Shown in pieces: positions 27,258 to 37,801 of a DNA stretch of 64,000 nucleotides (position 1 is the first letter of the stretch; each line of letters begins with the position of its first letter). The notes under the pieces are model-generated. The model had not been told where the DNA came from, made no database searches, and worked only from the letters and a program-made list of their open reading frames with translations. Source of the stretch: Bacilli bacterium (GTDB lineage: Bacteria; Bacillota_I; Bacilli_A; ML615J-28; CAG-698); contig JBMNLZ010000003.1 in NCBI GenBank assembly GCA_050953065.1, positions 288,001 through 352,000 of the forward strand. Direction: 5' to 3'. The position numbers and the translations under genes are program-made.

Positions 27258-28762
27258 TAAATGCCCTCCTTTTCTTCGTAAGTTAAAACATCATTAAGAT
27301 AGATATGATGCGTAACGTTTGCTGATCTTCTTTGCATGTAATCTATATTTGATAATTTCAAAACATAATCATCATTCAGTACAACTTTGTCACTTGAGAT
27401 AGGTAATACTTTATCAATAAAATCTACTTGAAACTGAAACATATCCCATCCACTATGAGCACTACCATCTTTTCGATATTTAACGTCATAAAAGTTTGTG
27501 CCTGTAGGAGCATCAAGTATTAGTTCTTTTGGTGTAGTTGCAGTTTGACCTTTTGCATCCAACAACACTCCAGTATCAACGTTTGCACTTAAAGATAATG
27601 CAACATTCATTTGTCCGACAAGGCCAAAGTCGTAGTTAGATTCCGAACTTTGCATCCATAAAAACCTTATAATCTTTGGGCTTTCAGTATTTACAATCTT
27701 AATTCTTGCAATGGCAAAGCTGCTATTTATTCCTATGTTTGTCGGTTTATAATAACCATCTGAATCTCTAATAAAGGTATAAGTTGTTCCAAGTGGCTCA
27801 ACACTAACAAAAATAGGATCTTCTTCTTTTACCTCTTCATGAAATAATTCATCGTTGTCATAAAATAAAAGCTTTTGAGAATATATCGGAAATGATGTAA
27901 TAAGCTTAAATTCATGGTCGATAAATCTTACTTGTTGCTTTTTCAGTTGTGGTTCTTCATCAGCGACTACTTCGATTTTCACATTGGCATCCATTGATTC
28001 AAAAGATATCTCACCTGTATACATCGAGTAATAGTAATCGTCAGTTAGCTCATATTCATCAGATCCATTTTTCTTTTTATACACATTGATGATTACTGGT
28101 AGCCAATATCCAAAGGCACTTTTTATATTAATCTTATATTTTAATCCATCACTTATCTTTGTGGTTGTATCTGTTGTCGAGATGTGTTCGTCAAGTACTT
28201 TATTAATAGAGTAAATAGAGAATCTTATTGAACCACTTTTACCTGATTCATTCATTAATGGATTTACACAAGTCGCCTGTATTAAGTAATCATTCTCTGC
28301 TTCAAACTTACCAATTAAACTAAACGTTGTAGCAGTTTGATAGAACGCCACATCCTCACCAGAGTAAATGTTAAATCCTTTGTTGAAGTTACCATTTGTG
28401 GTTGGATTTGTTATTGTAATTGTGTCACTACTTCTTGCTATGGAAGGAGTATTAAGAGTTGGCATATCTCTTGCACCTTCAAACGTTCCTTCAATTCCAG
28501 CAACAATTACACCCTGTGCTATATTCTCTGGTATAAATGTTTCTGGTTTAAGAATTAAAACTCTGTCATATAGTTCATCATCGGGTACAACGACCAGTTG
28601 ATCGCCTTCTGCAAAGTTTAATTCAATAGTTCCTTCTGTAAGGTTACCTAATGAAAATTGTTTTTTAGTGCCATCTTCACCATCAAATGATACCGTTGAA
28701 ATGTCACTATAAACTACATCTTCACCATGCTTATTTTTAAGTATTATATTTGTCTTTCTCAT
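27257..28762 (-). CDS. Phage tail/adhesin protein
   Basis: PENIAQGVIVAGIEGT repeat-type motif; SSESNYDF...YRKDGS beta-sandwich; coupled within the tail operon. Confidence 0.55.
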   Translation of the reverse strand: MRKTNIILKNKHGEDVVYSDISTVSFDGEDGTKKQFSLGNLTEGTIELNFAEGDQLVVVPDDELYDRVLILKPETFIPENIAQGVIVAGIEGTFEGARDMPTLNTPSIARSSDTITITNPTTNGNFNKGFNIYSGEDVAFYQTATTFSLIGKFEAENDYLIQATCVNPLMNESGKSGSIRFSIYSINKVLDEHISTTDTTTKISDGLKYKINIKSAFGYWLPVIINVYKKKNGSDEYELTDDYYYSMYTGEISFESMDANVKIEVVADEEPQLKKQQVRFIDHEFKLITSFPIYSQKLLFYDNDELFHEEVKEEDPIFVSVEPLGTTYTFIRDSDGYYKPTNIGINSSFAIARIKIVNTESPKIIRFLWMQSSESNYDFGLVGQMNVALSLSANVDTGVLLDAKGQTATTPKELILDAPTGTNFYDVKYRKDGSAHSGWDMFQFQVDFIDKVLPISSDKVVLNDDYVLKLSNIDYMQRRSANVTHHIYLNDVLTYEEKEGI

Positions 28763-28772
28763 TGGTTACCTC

Positions 28773-30764
28773 CTATCCTAAATTTAAGTTCATATCTTCT
28801 TGCTCACCTTCATAGACTTGATAAATTTCCAATACTTCATTAATCAGTACTGGATTAAGCCATGAAGACGAATCAAATTCAATAAAGGACTCAATGCTTG
28901 CCTGAATTAAGGTGTTCACACTAAATGAGTTAAAATCAACTTTAACTAAGCTCGCATTGATTGAGTCCTGAAATGCAAATTCATCAATGTTCATTGTATC
29001 TTCTGCTAATCTCAAACTCGGCTCAGCTTGAAACAACTCATTTTCAATATGTTTAATTTCTACACTAAAAGGTGATATAGCATTTATTAATGCATCAGCA
29101 AATAACTGTGATAAATAATCAGTGATAAGCACGTCACCTTCGTAATGCAGGACATCAAGATTAAATTGACCTCCGCTAAAATATGATCCTATTGCACTTA
29201 GCATTTTGTCATCTAAGTAACCCATTAGAGTTGCACCTTTAACTACTAACTCGTTGTGTCCTGTAGCACTTAGAATGGTAGGTTCGTTTGCTGTTACTTC
29301 CGAATGTATATTTAACTTATGCAAAAAGTAATGGGCTGCTTGTCTAATCAGTTTAATTTCAGCCTCAGAACTTTCTATTGTTAATGTACTTGATGTTTTT
29401 TCATTTGGTAGTATTCTTGCCTCTTTTACAACAACACTTCCTTCATCACTTAATGCGTGTGCAATAAATGAGTCCATTATCAGTCTTTCAAATGCCACAC
29501 TTTCAGCTGTTATCACATAAATATGATTTATTTCAGCTTCTGGAAGGATACCTGCTGGCTTTGAATGAGCACTTGAGTTTATGCTAGCTTTTGCTGGAAC
29601 ATTGGATACTGTTCTTCTAGCCAATGCTCTACTCATTGTTGTTCTTTGAATTCTCAAAACCGCTGAAACTATCGAATATAGGTCTCTTCCTGTGATGGTT
29701 TCCATCTCACCAAATGTTGCACTTTCTGCTGATGAATAGCTCTGTATTAAGCGTGGCCTTGCGATTTCTACTTTTGCTGATTCATAAATACTATTTAATA
29801 CATCAACATATAAAGCGAGCGGTTCTAATTTTCTTAGTTCAGCCGTTTGGCTAGTTGTCGAAATAATCTCAGTTAGCATATTAATTATGTCTGGTAAGAT
29901 CAGTGTTGCTTCGTTTATGTTCTCAACACTCAAGTCTATTTTTAGTATGCTTTTATTATTGTTAACTACTAACTTTGCGTTTTGGCTAATGTTTGAATAT
30001 ACGTAGGCATATAGATTTCTATATAACTCTTCAAGTAACAATGATGCTGATGCCGACATTCTAAATCTCTCATTAATAGCTAAAGTTTGTGCAGCATTTT
30101 TAAGGCTTATCAATGCATCGTTTGTGTGTTTATTTTTACTATTAACATTAAACTCTATTGGTTCAATGTATGAAAGTGCACTATTCGATACAGTGTTATT
30201 TATTAAATCGACATTCAAAATCGCTGAGTCTAGACTTACAAATTCAACCTGCGATGTATCTAAAACAAAAGTAAAAGCAACATTTGGTTCTGCAAATGAA
30301 GCTTCATTTTTAAAGATACTTATAAGTAGATTAAGCTTTCTGGCAATTTCAAGAATGTATGATCCAAAGAAAGTGTCAGGATTACTTGTTGTGCTTGCAC
30401 CCCTAAAATCCAATCGTCCAACATAACCCTCATAAGCCTTGTTGAAGGTCCACTTCCATGTTGTTGGAACATGCACTTCGATATTGTGCCTTACTGAGTT
30501 AAAGATTTGAGCAGTTAAGGTGGGATAATAACCACTTAATAACACTCCGCTATATGTTGTATATTTATCATCCCAACTAAGACTCATAGCATTTAAGGTC
30601 TGATATAACTTATTGCATAGTGAGTTCCAAACAGCAGCTTTAAACTCAGCTGTATACCCTTTATTGTTAATGGCATAGTAGGCTTTAATGGTATCATCGT
30701 CTTTACTCCAGTTCCATGCCTCAAATGAAGTAGGTAAATTTAGATTTTTCATATAAACCACCAA
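28773..30764 (-). CDS. Hypothetical phage tail protein
   Basis: 663 aa ORF between the Tal-like gene and the fibre genes. Confidence 0.55.
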   Translation of the reverse strand: MVVYMKNLNLPTSFEAWNWSKDDDTIKAYYAINNKGYTAEFKAAVWNSLCNKLYQTLNAMSLSWDDKYTTYSGVLLSGYYPTLTAQIFNSVRHNIEVHVPTTWKWTFNKAYEGYVGRLDFRGASTTSNPDTFFGSYILEIARKLNLLISIFKNEASFAEPNVAFTFVLDTSQVEFVSLDSAILNVDLINNTVSNSALSYIEPIEFNVNSKNKHTNDALISLKNAAQTLAINERFRMSASASLLLEELYRNLYAYVYSNISQNAKLVVNNNKSILKIDLSVENINEATLILPDIINMLTEIISTTSQTAELRKLEPLALYVDVLNSIYESAKVEIARPRLIQSYSSAESATFGEMETITGRDLYSIVSAVLRIQRTTMSRALARRTVSNVPAKASINSSAHSKPAGILPEAEINHIYVITAESVAFERLIMDSFIAHALSDEGSVVVKEARILPNEKTSSTLTIESSEAEIKLIRQAAHYFLHKLNIHSEVTANEPTILSATGHNELVVKGATLMGYLDDKMLSAIGSYFSGGQFNLDVLHYEGDVLITDYLSQLFADALINAISPFSVEIKHIENELFQAEPSLRLAEDTMNIDEFAFQDSINASLVKVDFNSFSVNTLIQASIESFIEFDSSSWLNPVLINEVLEIYQVYEGEQEDMNLNLG

Positions 30765-32204
30765 TTATCCAAACTTTGCAATAGCTGCACCAGTGTAAAT
30801 ATTCTTCATTTCTGTATCCTTGACTACATAAGCTGTGTTGTCACTGAAGCGAAAGAAAATACCGTTATAGCCTAGCATCGGAGTGAAGTTTCCACTTTCA
30901 TCAGCAGGTTCAGAGTTTCCAATCCAAAGCCCGTCAGTAAACTTTTTAACAAGTCCAAAATCAGTAAATGCACCACTTCCAGAGCCAAGTTGAATATACG
31001 GATAGTCCTCACCTTCTGTTGTGTAGCCAAGTCTTAATTTGATATCGTTTGTACTATTGAAAACCTCAAAGCCGCTTGATGTCATTTGCGAGTATCCATC
31101 ACTATTTTCAATATCCCCTGCATAATATCTACCGCCATAAATAGTAGACTGCCCTGACATATGTACATCCCCGTTTTCATCTACTATAAACTTATTGTTG
31201 ATATTAATTTTCCCTGCATCAACCTCAATTGAGCCACTAAATTTATAACTTCCAGCAATTGGATCAAAGTAAAGCCTGTCTCTAAAGATATAGTCTTCAT
31301 CCATTGCCTGCATTCTAAACTCATCGGAATTCATAATCACTTTAGCTTTCTGGTCTTCTCTTACTACCGTTAAACCATCATCAGGAGATATTTTTACACC
31401 GTAGTAACTTTTATTACTTTCTATGGAGTCTTGCTTTAATGAAACAAGATCTGCTTCGATCGTGGCTTCTGCTACACCTACCTCAAGGTCATAATCTTTG
31501 CTTATAAATGGCTTGCTTGTGATTCCAATAAGTCTTACATTTTCATTAATACCCAACCTATCAAACTTAAGATGTAACTCATCACCAACCACAAGATTGG
31601 TAGTCGGTCTTACTGTAATTGAATAAGAAGGAACTAATAAACCTGCTTTTTCTGTTTTGCTTATTGAAACTACATTTTTATCAATTAGGTCTATAGGATT
31701 TGAACTACCTCTATGACTAAACATATTTACATAGAAACCTGTAAACTCCACATCGCAGCCTATGATGTTAGCGATTTTAAGAATCATGCTTCGTACAGTA
31801 CTTTCTTCTTTGATTGGAATTTCAAAATCAGCAGTAATATCACTTATCCCAGCATAAAAGCCAGTGTCTTTAAGTAGTAAAGTTAGTATCTCTTTTACTG
31901 TTCCAATTCCCCAAAAATAACTCCTTGAAAAACCGCTCAATCGATAAGAAACATGTTCACAGCTAAACTTAATTTTATATAGTCCCTTGCTTAGTGATTT
32001 TTGAATTGACACCACATCATAGTACTCATTGTTATATAGAATTGTATAATCACTACCATTTACTAAGGTTTCCAATTCATCAGTTATCAGCGTTTCAAAG
32101 TTTAAGGTTAGCACCCCTGATAGTGTTTCTTTTTTCGTGCAGGTTAGTATTTTCTCAATGTTAGTAAGAAAGACTCCACTTCTAGTGAATAGTTCAAATG
32201 CCAT
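30765..32204 (-). CDS. Phage tail spike/hub (Tal-like) protein
   Basis: ETLSGVLTLNF, CEHVSYRL, VGDELHL pattern of prophage tail/endopeptidase-fold proteins; directly after the tape measure gene. Confidence 0.7.
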   Translation of the reverse strand: MAFELFTRSGVFLTNIEKILTCTKKETLSGVLTLNFETLITDELETLVNGSDYTILYNNEYYDVVSIQKSLSKGLYKIKFSCEHVSYRLSGFSRSYFWGIGTVKEILTLLLKDTGFYAGISDITADFEIPIKEESTVRSMILKIANIIGCDVEFTGFYVNMFSHRGSSNPIDLIDKNVVSISKTEKAGLLVPSYSITVRPTTNLVVGDELHLKFDRLGINENVRLIGITSKPFISKDYDLEVGVAEATIEADLVSLKQDSIESNKSYYGVKISPDDGLTVVREDQKAKVIMNSDEFRMQAMDEDYIFRDRLYFDPIAGSYKFSGSIEVDAGKININNKFIVDENGDVHMSGQSTIYGGRYYAGDIENSDGYSQMTSSGFEVFNSTNDIKLRLGYTTEGEDYPYIQLGSGSGAFTDFGLVKKFTDGLWIGNSEPADESGNFTPMLGYNGIFFRFSDNTAYVVKDTEMKNIYTGAAIAKFG

Positions 32205-32206
32205 AT

Positions 32207-35179
32207 TTATACCCCCATTGCACGTTTTAAGGATGCTGTTTTTAAACTTTGAATTCTACTTGTTGCTTCACTGATTAATTCACCATCCAGATATAACGGA
32301 ACAGTGACTTCTATTGGTGATATCATTTCTTCATTTCTTTGAGGTGTGCCAGCACTAAAATCACCATTCATAGACTTTGCATCAATGGTTAGAGTCTTAA
32401 TTGCATCTTGAAGGCTGTTTCTTGTTCCTTTAGTATCAACATTTGCTTCAACATTGATAGATGATTTAGTAGTTAGATTATTCATGATATCGTTGATGTT
32501 TTCTGTTAAATCTTCTGCTGCTTTAATTGGTGCTTCGTCAGTTTCAATACCACTACCTAAACCTTGCATCAACATGCTACCAACCCATGCCATTTTTCTT
32601 GAAGGTGATTTAATTCCAAAGAAATCAGTGATCCCCTTCCATAGGCTGCTAGCCCATCCAGAAACTTTATCTTTAATCCAACCAGCTAATGATTGAATAC
32701 CATCCCATAAACCTTTTACTAGATTTTTACCCACTTCAGACATACCGCTTGTTAATGAAGAAAAAGCAGTAATGATACTTGTAATTATTTGCGGGATATT
32801 TTGTGTAATACTCTTAATAATCTCAGGTAGGTTTTGAATGATGGCTGAAAATAGCATTATTCCAATTCCCATGAATTTATCAATATTACCTGTTAAAGCA
32901 TTCAATATACCTGTTATAATTTGCGGAATTGCTCCTACAATCATCATAATTATTTGAGGCAATTCTTGAATTAAGCTGATAAAAAGATTTATACCAGCTT
33001 CAATGATCAGAGGTATTGCTTCAAAGATCGCATTAATAATTCCATCTATGATTTGTGGTATTGCTACAACTATTGCTGTAATAATTTCAGGTAGTGCATC
33101 AACCAATGAAGTCAATAATTCAATGCCTACATTAATGATTTCTGGAATTGATGATAATAAGAAATTCACAAGTGCAAGTATTAATCCTGGCAAGGCCTGT
33201 ATCAGTATAGGTACAGCTGCTAAAATTCCCTCCGCTAAGCCTTTTACTAATTGAAGTGCAGCATCTAAAATCAAATGTAAATTGTTAATTAGTGTATCTA
33301 CAACGGTGATTAAAGTTTTAACAATTGCAGGTATGAGTTCTGGTAATGCAGCGATAATTCCATTTGCAAGAGTAACCACCATTTCAATGGCTGCCGATAA
33401 GATATCTGGAAGGCTATCAAGTATTCCATTTACCAAAGTCATTATCACTTCAATTCCTGCTTTTGTAATCTTTGGTAGTGCTTTAAGTAATCCTTGTAAT
33501 AAAGTGAACACTAATTTACTAACCGCATTTAGAATAAGCGAGAGGTTATTAACTATGGCTTTTGCAAATCCAGAAACGAGTGAACCAGCCATTCCCATTA
33601 TTGTTGGCAGAAAATCAAAGATTGTCTTTGTCATTTGTTCTATCGCCAAACTTACAGCTTCACCTACTTTACTAAAGTCGCCATTAGACTCATTGATTGT
33701 AGTTCCAAGAATTGCGAAAGCCTCCGTAATACCAGCAGACAGATCGCTAATAGTTGGTAAAAATACACCTTGAATGGACCTCTTTGTACTTTGAATTGCT
33801 TTTTCTAAATCGTTATATTTTACTTCATTAATTTTTTCAAGAGTATCACCCACATCAAGTGTTGCATCTTTCATGCCAGATAAAACAGGTAGTACGCTTG
33901 CTTCTAAGTCCTTATATTTTGAGCCAAACAAAGATACCGCTATTTCGTTTTTCATCAATGGATCGTTGACACTTTCAAGTGCCTTCATTACTGCATAAAA
34001 AGCATCCTTAGCTGTTTGTCCACCAGCTGCAAATGCCTCTCGCATAATATCTGCATCCATTTTCAAATAAAAGAACGCATCTTTTGTTGTTGTGCTATCT
34101 TCTTTTACTCGGTTATTAAACTCTTTAACTGCATCACCGACTTTTTTAAGACTGAATACTCCAGCATCGGAACCGTTGATTAAGCTTGTTAGAAACTCAT
34201 CAGATGATAATCCTAATGCAGAATATTGAGCAGAGAATTCATTTAGAATACTTATTAAATCACCATTTTTGTCTGCACCCTTTTGTGCTCCATATGCGAT
34301 TAAGTTGTAAGCTTCTTCAGATGTAATACCGAAGTTTTTCATTAGTGAAGACACTGCTTGTGCTGATTCTTTTAAGTCATAGCCAAATGTATCACGCAGT
34401 GCAAACCCCGATTCCGTAGCTTTTTGAAGTTCCTCACCCATCAATCCAGTTGCACGACTTACAGCAGATAATCCATTAGCTACATCTTCTAGGCTATCTC
34501 CAAAATTACGTTTATAAACACTTTGTGCGATTACACCAAGTTGCTCTAACTCTTCTTCACTAGCACCTGTAGATGCTGCGATTTGATTAATTGCCTTGTT
34601 GTATTCATCACCTAATTTTACAAGTTGAACACCCGCTGCAATAGATGCTGCAGTAATTGCCGCCATCGCTGCTGCAAGAGCCACTCCCATAGATTTAGCA
34701 ACTCCACCAAGTTTTCCAAATTTAGAACCAGAGTCGTCTGCTTTATCTCCGCTATCTTTTAAAGAATCTCCTAAATCATCAGTTGCTTCTCTTGCGTCAT
34801 CAGTTGCTTCACTATGATCTTCAAGATCACCTGTGTTTTTCTTGAGTTCCTTAGACATGTTATTAAGTTCTGCTTTAGCATTATTTAATTGAACTTTCCA
34901 TGCCTTAGTTCTTTTATCATTTTCGCCAAAAGAGGTTGAAGCATTCTTTAAAGCTGATTGCAAAGCTTCTATCTTTTGCTTTTGTGCATCTATTGATTTT
35001 TGTAGCACTTCATTTCTAGCTGTTAAGGCCTGTTCTGATTTGTCTTGCTTATCAAATTGACTCTCTATCAGCTTCATCTCTGAGCCTAATACTTTAAAGG
35101 ATTGATTGATTTCAACTAGCTGAGCTTTGAACTCCTTTTCGCCTTCAATACCAATTTTTAAACCAAAATTATCAGCCAT
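32207..35179 (-). CDS. Tail tape measure protein
   Basis: MADNFGLKIGIEGEKEFK N-terminus, coiled coil, amphipathic repeats, FFGIKSPSR; about 990 aa. Confidence 0.95.
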   Translation of the reverse strand: MADNFGLKIGIEGEKEFKAQLVEINQSFKVLGSEMKLIESQFDKQDKSEQALTARNEVLQKSIDAQKQKIEALQSALKNASTSFGENDKRTKAWKVQLNNAKAELNNMSKELKKNTGDLEDHSEATDDAREATDDLGDSLKDSGDKADDSGSKFGKLGGVAKSMGVALAAAMAAITAASIAAGVQLVKLGDEYNKAINQIAASTGASEEELEQLGVIAQSVYKRNFGDSLEDVANGLSAVSRATGLMGEELQKATESGFALRDTFGYDLKESAQAVSSLMKNFGITSEEAYNLIAYGAQKGADKNGDLISILNEFSAQYSALGLSSDEFLTSLINGSDAGVFSLKKVGDAVKEFNNRVKEDSTTTKDAFFYLKMDADIMREAFAAGGQTAKDAFYAVMKALESVNDPLMKNEIAVSLFGSKYKDLEASVLPVLSGMKDATLDVGDTLEKINEVKYNDLEKAIQSTKRSIQGVFLPTISDLSAGITEAFAILGTTINESNGDFSKVGEAVSLAIEQMTKTIFDFLPTIMGMAGSLVSGFAKAIVNNLSLILNAVSKLVFTLLQGLLKALPKITKAGIEVIMTLVNGILDSLPDILSAAIEMVVTLANGIIAALPELIPAIVKTLITVVDTLINNLHLILDAALQLVKGLAEGILAAVPILIQALPGLILALVNFLLSSIPEIINVGIELLTSLVDALPEIITAIVVAIPQIIDGIINAIFEAIPLIIEAGINLFISLIQELPQIIMMIVGAIPQIITGILNALTGNIDKFMGIGIMLFSAIIQNLPEIIKSITQNIPQIITSIITAFSSLTSGMSEVGKNLVKGLWDGIQSLAGWIKDKVSGWASSLWKGITDFFGIKSPSRKMAWVGSMLMQGLGSGIETDEAPIKAAEDLTENINDIMNNLTTKSSINVEANVDTKGTRNSLQDAIKTLTIDAKSMNGDFSAGTPQRNEEMISPIEVTVPLYLDGELISEATSRIQSLKTASLKRAMGV

Positions 35180-35193
35180 ATGCTTCACCTCCT

Positions 35194-35403
35194 TTAGATG
35201 CCCTCAGGCAGAATATCATCAATGGAATGCTCCACTTTTGGCTTTGATAAACCTATAAATTGTTTGTGACATTCCCATAAATCAAGTAAAAGACCAAAAG
35301 GCATCATCCATACTTCTTCTTGTGTAAGTTGAAGATGGACAATGCCGTAATATAAAAGACGAGTAAACAACTCTTCGTCACTTACTCGTCCAGTGCGTTT
35401 TTT
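35194..35403 (-). CDS. Tail assembly chaperone frameshift extension (gpT-like)
   Basis: -1 frame open from slippery A AAA AAC (35403-35397): RTGRVSDEELFTRLLYYGIVHLQLTQEEVWMMPFGLLLDLWECHKQF...GI*. Confidence 0.85.
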   Translation of the reverse strand, partial: KKRTGRVSDEELFTRLLYYGIVHLQLTQEEVWMMPFGLLLDLWECHKQFIGLSKPKVEHSIDDILPEGI

Positions 35404-35765
35404 GATTGATCTTCACTCTCAACGTTTCTTTTAGTTCCTTTTAATAACGCTTCTGTAATTGCGTCTTTAAAGTCTCCTAAATCATTAGGTGTTGTTAATA
35501 GTTCTACTTCATCTTCAGTCAATAATTCTTTTTCATTTCCTTTGTTTCTTAGGTTATGAATCAAGATCGGTTGATTTGCAAGTAGTGTAATTAAATACAC
35601 AACTTCAGATAACGCAGTATCAAAGTTTTCACTATTTAAAAGTTTATCGCCAAGTTTATCTAATCCACCATATCTTTTAGCTATTTCCTTTGTTGCTTTA
35701 GTAGTTAGTAACAACTCAAATTCTCTACCGCCAATATTAATAGCAGTGCTTCTTTCGTCAGCCAT
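35382..35765 (-). CDS. Tail assembly chaperone (gpG-like)
   Basis: MADERSTAINIGG...LLLTTKATKEIAKRYGG; lies between major tail and tape measure genes; ends at slippery site. Confidence 0.85.
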   Translation of the reverse strand: MADERSTAINIGGREFELLLTTKATKEIAKRYGGLDKLGDKLLNSENFDTALSEVVYLITLLANQPILIHNLRNKGNEKELLTEDEVELLTTPNDLGDFKDAITEALLKGTKRNVESEDQSKNALDE

Positions 35766-35769
35766 ATAA

Positions 35770-36366
35770 TTATTCCCCCTCTTCTGGAATTCCAACATAC
35801 GCTGGTTCATACACTGCATCATACCAATCATCAATGATTGACTTATTATTTGCTGATTCTGTTACTTCAGCCTTCCAGGGATGCTTGAATGATGCGTCTA
35901 GTTTGTTTCTTCTTAAAATTGTACCTTCAATAGTAGGTGTTGAGAATGTAATGCTATCACCCTTTGTAGCTAGGTTTGTTGCAGGGATATTAAACAATAC
36001 TCTGTATAACCAAAAGTACTTATATTTCCCATTAGATTTCTTGGCTCTAAAACCAATAGCTACTGGATTTGCAATGTCGCTTTCACCTGAAATTAGCACC
36101 CCGTTACTATCAACTACTGCACCTACTAAGTCCGCTACAATGTCGTGACCTATATCATCTACTGAAAGTGAAATAGTACCACTCTTAAACTCTCTTACAA
36201 TTTCCGCTTGTCCATCATCGGCATAAAGAGTAGCTTCATTTAATTCCACACTCAAGTCTGCTGATATTGCTTTTGCTAGTTGGCTAGGCGTACCATAAGT
36301 TTCATTGCCACTTGCATCCTCAGTAATCTTTGCATAATACAACTTATCTAATCCGATTGTTGCCAT
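35770..36366 (-). CDS. Major tail protein (phi13 family)
   Basis: MATIGLDKLYYAKI, LYADDG, VAIGFRAKKSNG.Y.YFWLY. Confidence 0.92.
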   Translation of the reverse strand: MATIGLDKLYYAKITEDASGNETYGTPSQLAKAISADLSVELNEATLYADDGQAEIVREFKSGTISLSVDDIGHDIVADLVGAVVDSNGVLISGESDIANPVAIGFRAKKSNGKYKYFWLYRVLFNIPATNLATKGDSITFSTPTIEGTILRRNKLDASFKHPWKAEVTESANNKSIIDDWYDAVYEPAYVGIPEEGE

Positions 36367-36369
36367 TTT

Positions 36370-36714
36370 TTATTCCTCCTCTATTTTATAATGGTCGGCT
36401 ACATCAATTGTGAAATGGTGATACTTGGTTTCTTTTTCATAGCCGTTGTATCTTCTTTCTGTGATTGTTAAGCCATTTTTTAATAATAATTTTTCTAAAC
36501 TCCTCTTTAATTTAAGGTAGTTTGATTTTGAATATAGTGATATTCTCACTTCTTCGATATCTTGCTCTGGTAAGTTATCAGCATATAACTCATATGTTGA
36601 TGTTACAGGTATTAAGACGAGGTATTGATCAGGTGCTTGACCAGAAAAGATACCTGTTTCAATTGGAACATCAAGCTCAGAAAATAAAGATATGAGTCTT
36701 TCAAGTAGTATCAT
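36370..36714 (-). CDS. Tail terminator/completion protein
   Basis: PIETGIFS...YEKETKYHH; position just before the major tail gene. Confidence 0.7.
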   Translation of the reverse strand: MILLERLISLFSELDVPIETGIFSGQAPDQYLVLIPVTSTYELYADNLPEQDIEEVRISLYSKSNYLKLKRSLEKLLLKNGLTITERRYNGYEKETKYHHFTIDVADHYKIEEE

Positions 36715-37142
36715 ATTTTGTTAATTTCCTCCTCAAGTTTACCTATCATAGTATCCATACAGGCTTGTTTGGTAGTTCTAATAGCTGGCTTTAAGAAAGG
36801 TCTAGCAGGTTGATTGTGTTTTCCATACTCGATAATATTTGCTATCATCGCATTTGACTTTCCATCTTTTCTAGGTTCGCTAAACCCGATTTTAATGTTG
36901 CTATTCCCGTTCCTGTCTTGCCTTACTGAACTAACACCTAAAGAATTAACAAGCTCACCTGTTGATCTGGATTCAACCTTTGTATCACTTCCAACAACAG
37001 ACTCAAGGTTGATTTTTACTTTATCAAAAACAACCTCGCCTCCACTTTGAAGAACCTTTGCTGTTATTTCATCAGTTTTGTTTCCAAGCCTTGATAGTTT
37101 CTTTAAGAACTCTTCTGGCATTTTAACAGTCGCTTTAGCCAT
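36711..37142 (-). CDS. HK97 gp10-family neck protein
   Basis: STGELVNSL, IEYGKHNQPARPFLKPA. Confidence 0.88.
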   Translation of the reverse strand: MAKATVKMPEEFLKKLSRLGNKTDEITAKVLQSGGEVVFDKVKINLESVVGSDTKVESRSTGELVNSLGVSSVRQDRNGNSNIKIGFSEPRKDGKSNAMIANIIEYGKHNQPARPFLKPAIRTTKQACMDTMIGKLEEEINKI

Positions 37143-37470
37143 CAGTAGGTTCCACCTTTTTTGCTAAGACTTCAATATACATCTTTTTACCTTTTACATC
37201 TTCAATTGAGAAGATTTCAAAATCACTACCATCACATACGATTATCATGCTTGTTGTTAAGTTCACATTAGGTATTTTTCTAAACCTAAATAAATCAGTA
37301 GCCGTTGTGAAAGTAGCTCTATTAGCCCACATTGAATTGCCATGTCGACCTTCTCGATAAGCTCTAATTGACGCTACTACTTCTTTGGCTTCATTCATAA
37401 ACCCATCTTTATCTTTTTCCTTATTTTTAAGGATTATCTGAATAAAATCATTCATTTTCCCATAGCTCAT
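37135..37470 (-). CDS. Head-tail adaptor (head closure)
   Basis: KDKDGF, FRFRKIP, IEDVKGKKMYIEVLA; synteny. Confidence 0.82.
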   Translation of the reverse strand: MSYGKMNDFIQIILKNKEKDKDGFMNEAKEVVASIRAYREGRHGNSMWANRATFTTATDLFRFRKIPNVNLTTSMIIVCDGSDFEIFSIEDVKGKKMYIEVLAKKVEPTDG

Positions 37471-37790
37471 ACTTTCCACTCCCTATCAAGTCTTAAAAGT
37501 AGATTTACTGTGTTCCAGACCTGCTGCCCTGCCTGAACATTATCAGCAAAAAAACCGCCAGTTGAACCATCCCTTGATTCATAAAAATGGCTAGCTAACA
37601 TAATGATTGCTTGCTTTGTTGTTGCTGGCATTTCATGAGTTGAGTAGTATGCTTCAGTAAGATGCTGGAAACTTTCTGCATAAGAAACCGCAGCAGTGAT
37701 GTAACCTTCAATTAAACTATCATCTTCTGAATGCTCAATTATTAAATTTTGCTTCACTTTTTGTAATAAATCTGAAGTTGCCATCACCAC
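37467..37790 (-). CDS. Head-tail connector (gp6-like)
   Basis: VKQNLIIEHSEDDSLI...AIIMLASHFYESRDG. Confidence 0.88.
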   Translation of the reverse strand: MVMATSDLLQKVKQNLIIEHSEDDSLIEGYITAAVSYAESFQHLTEAYYSTHEMPATTKQAIIMLASHFYESRDGSTGGFFADNVQAGQQVWNTVNLLLRLDREWKV

Positions 37791-37801
37791 TGCCTCCTTA
37801 A

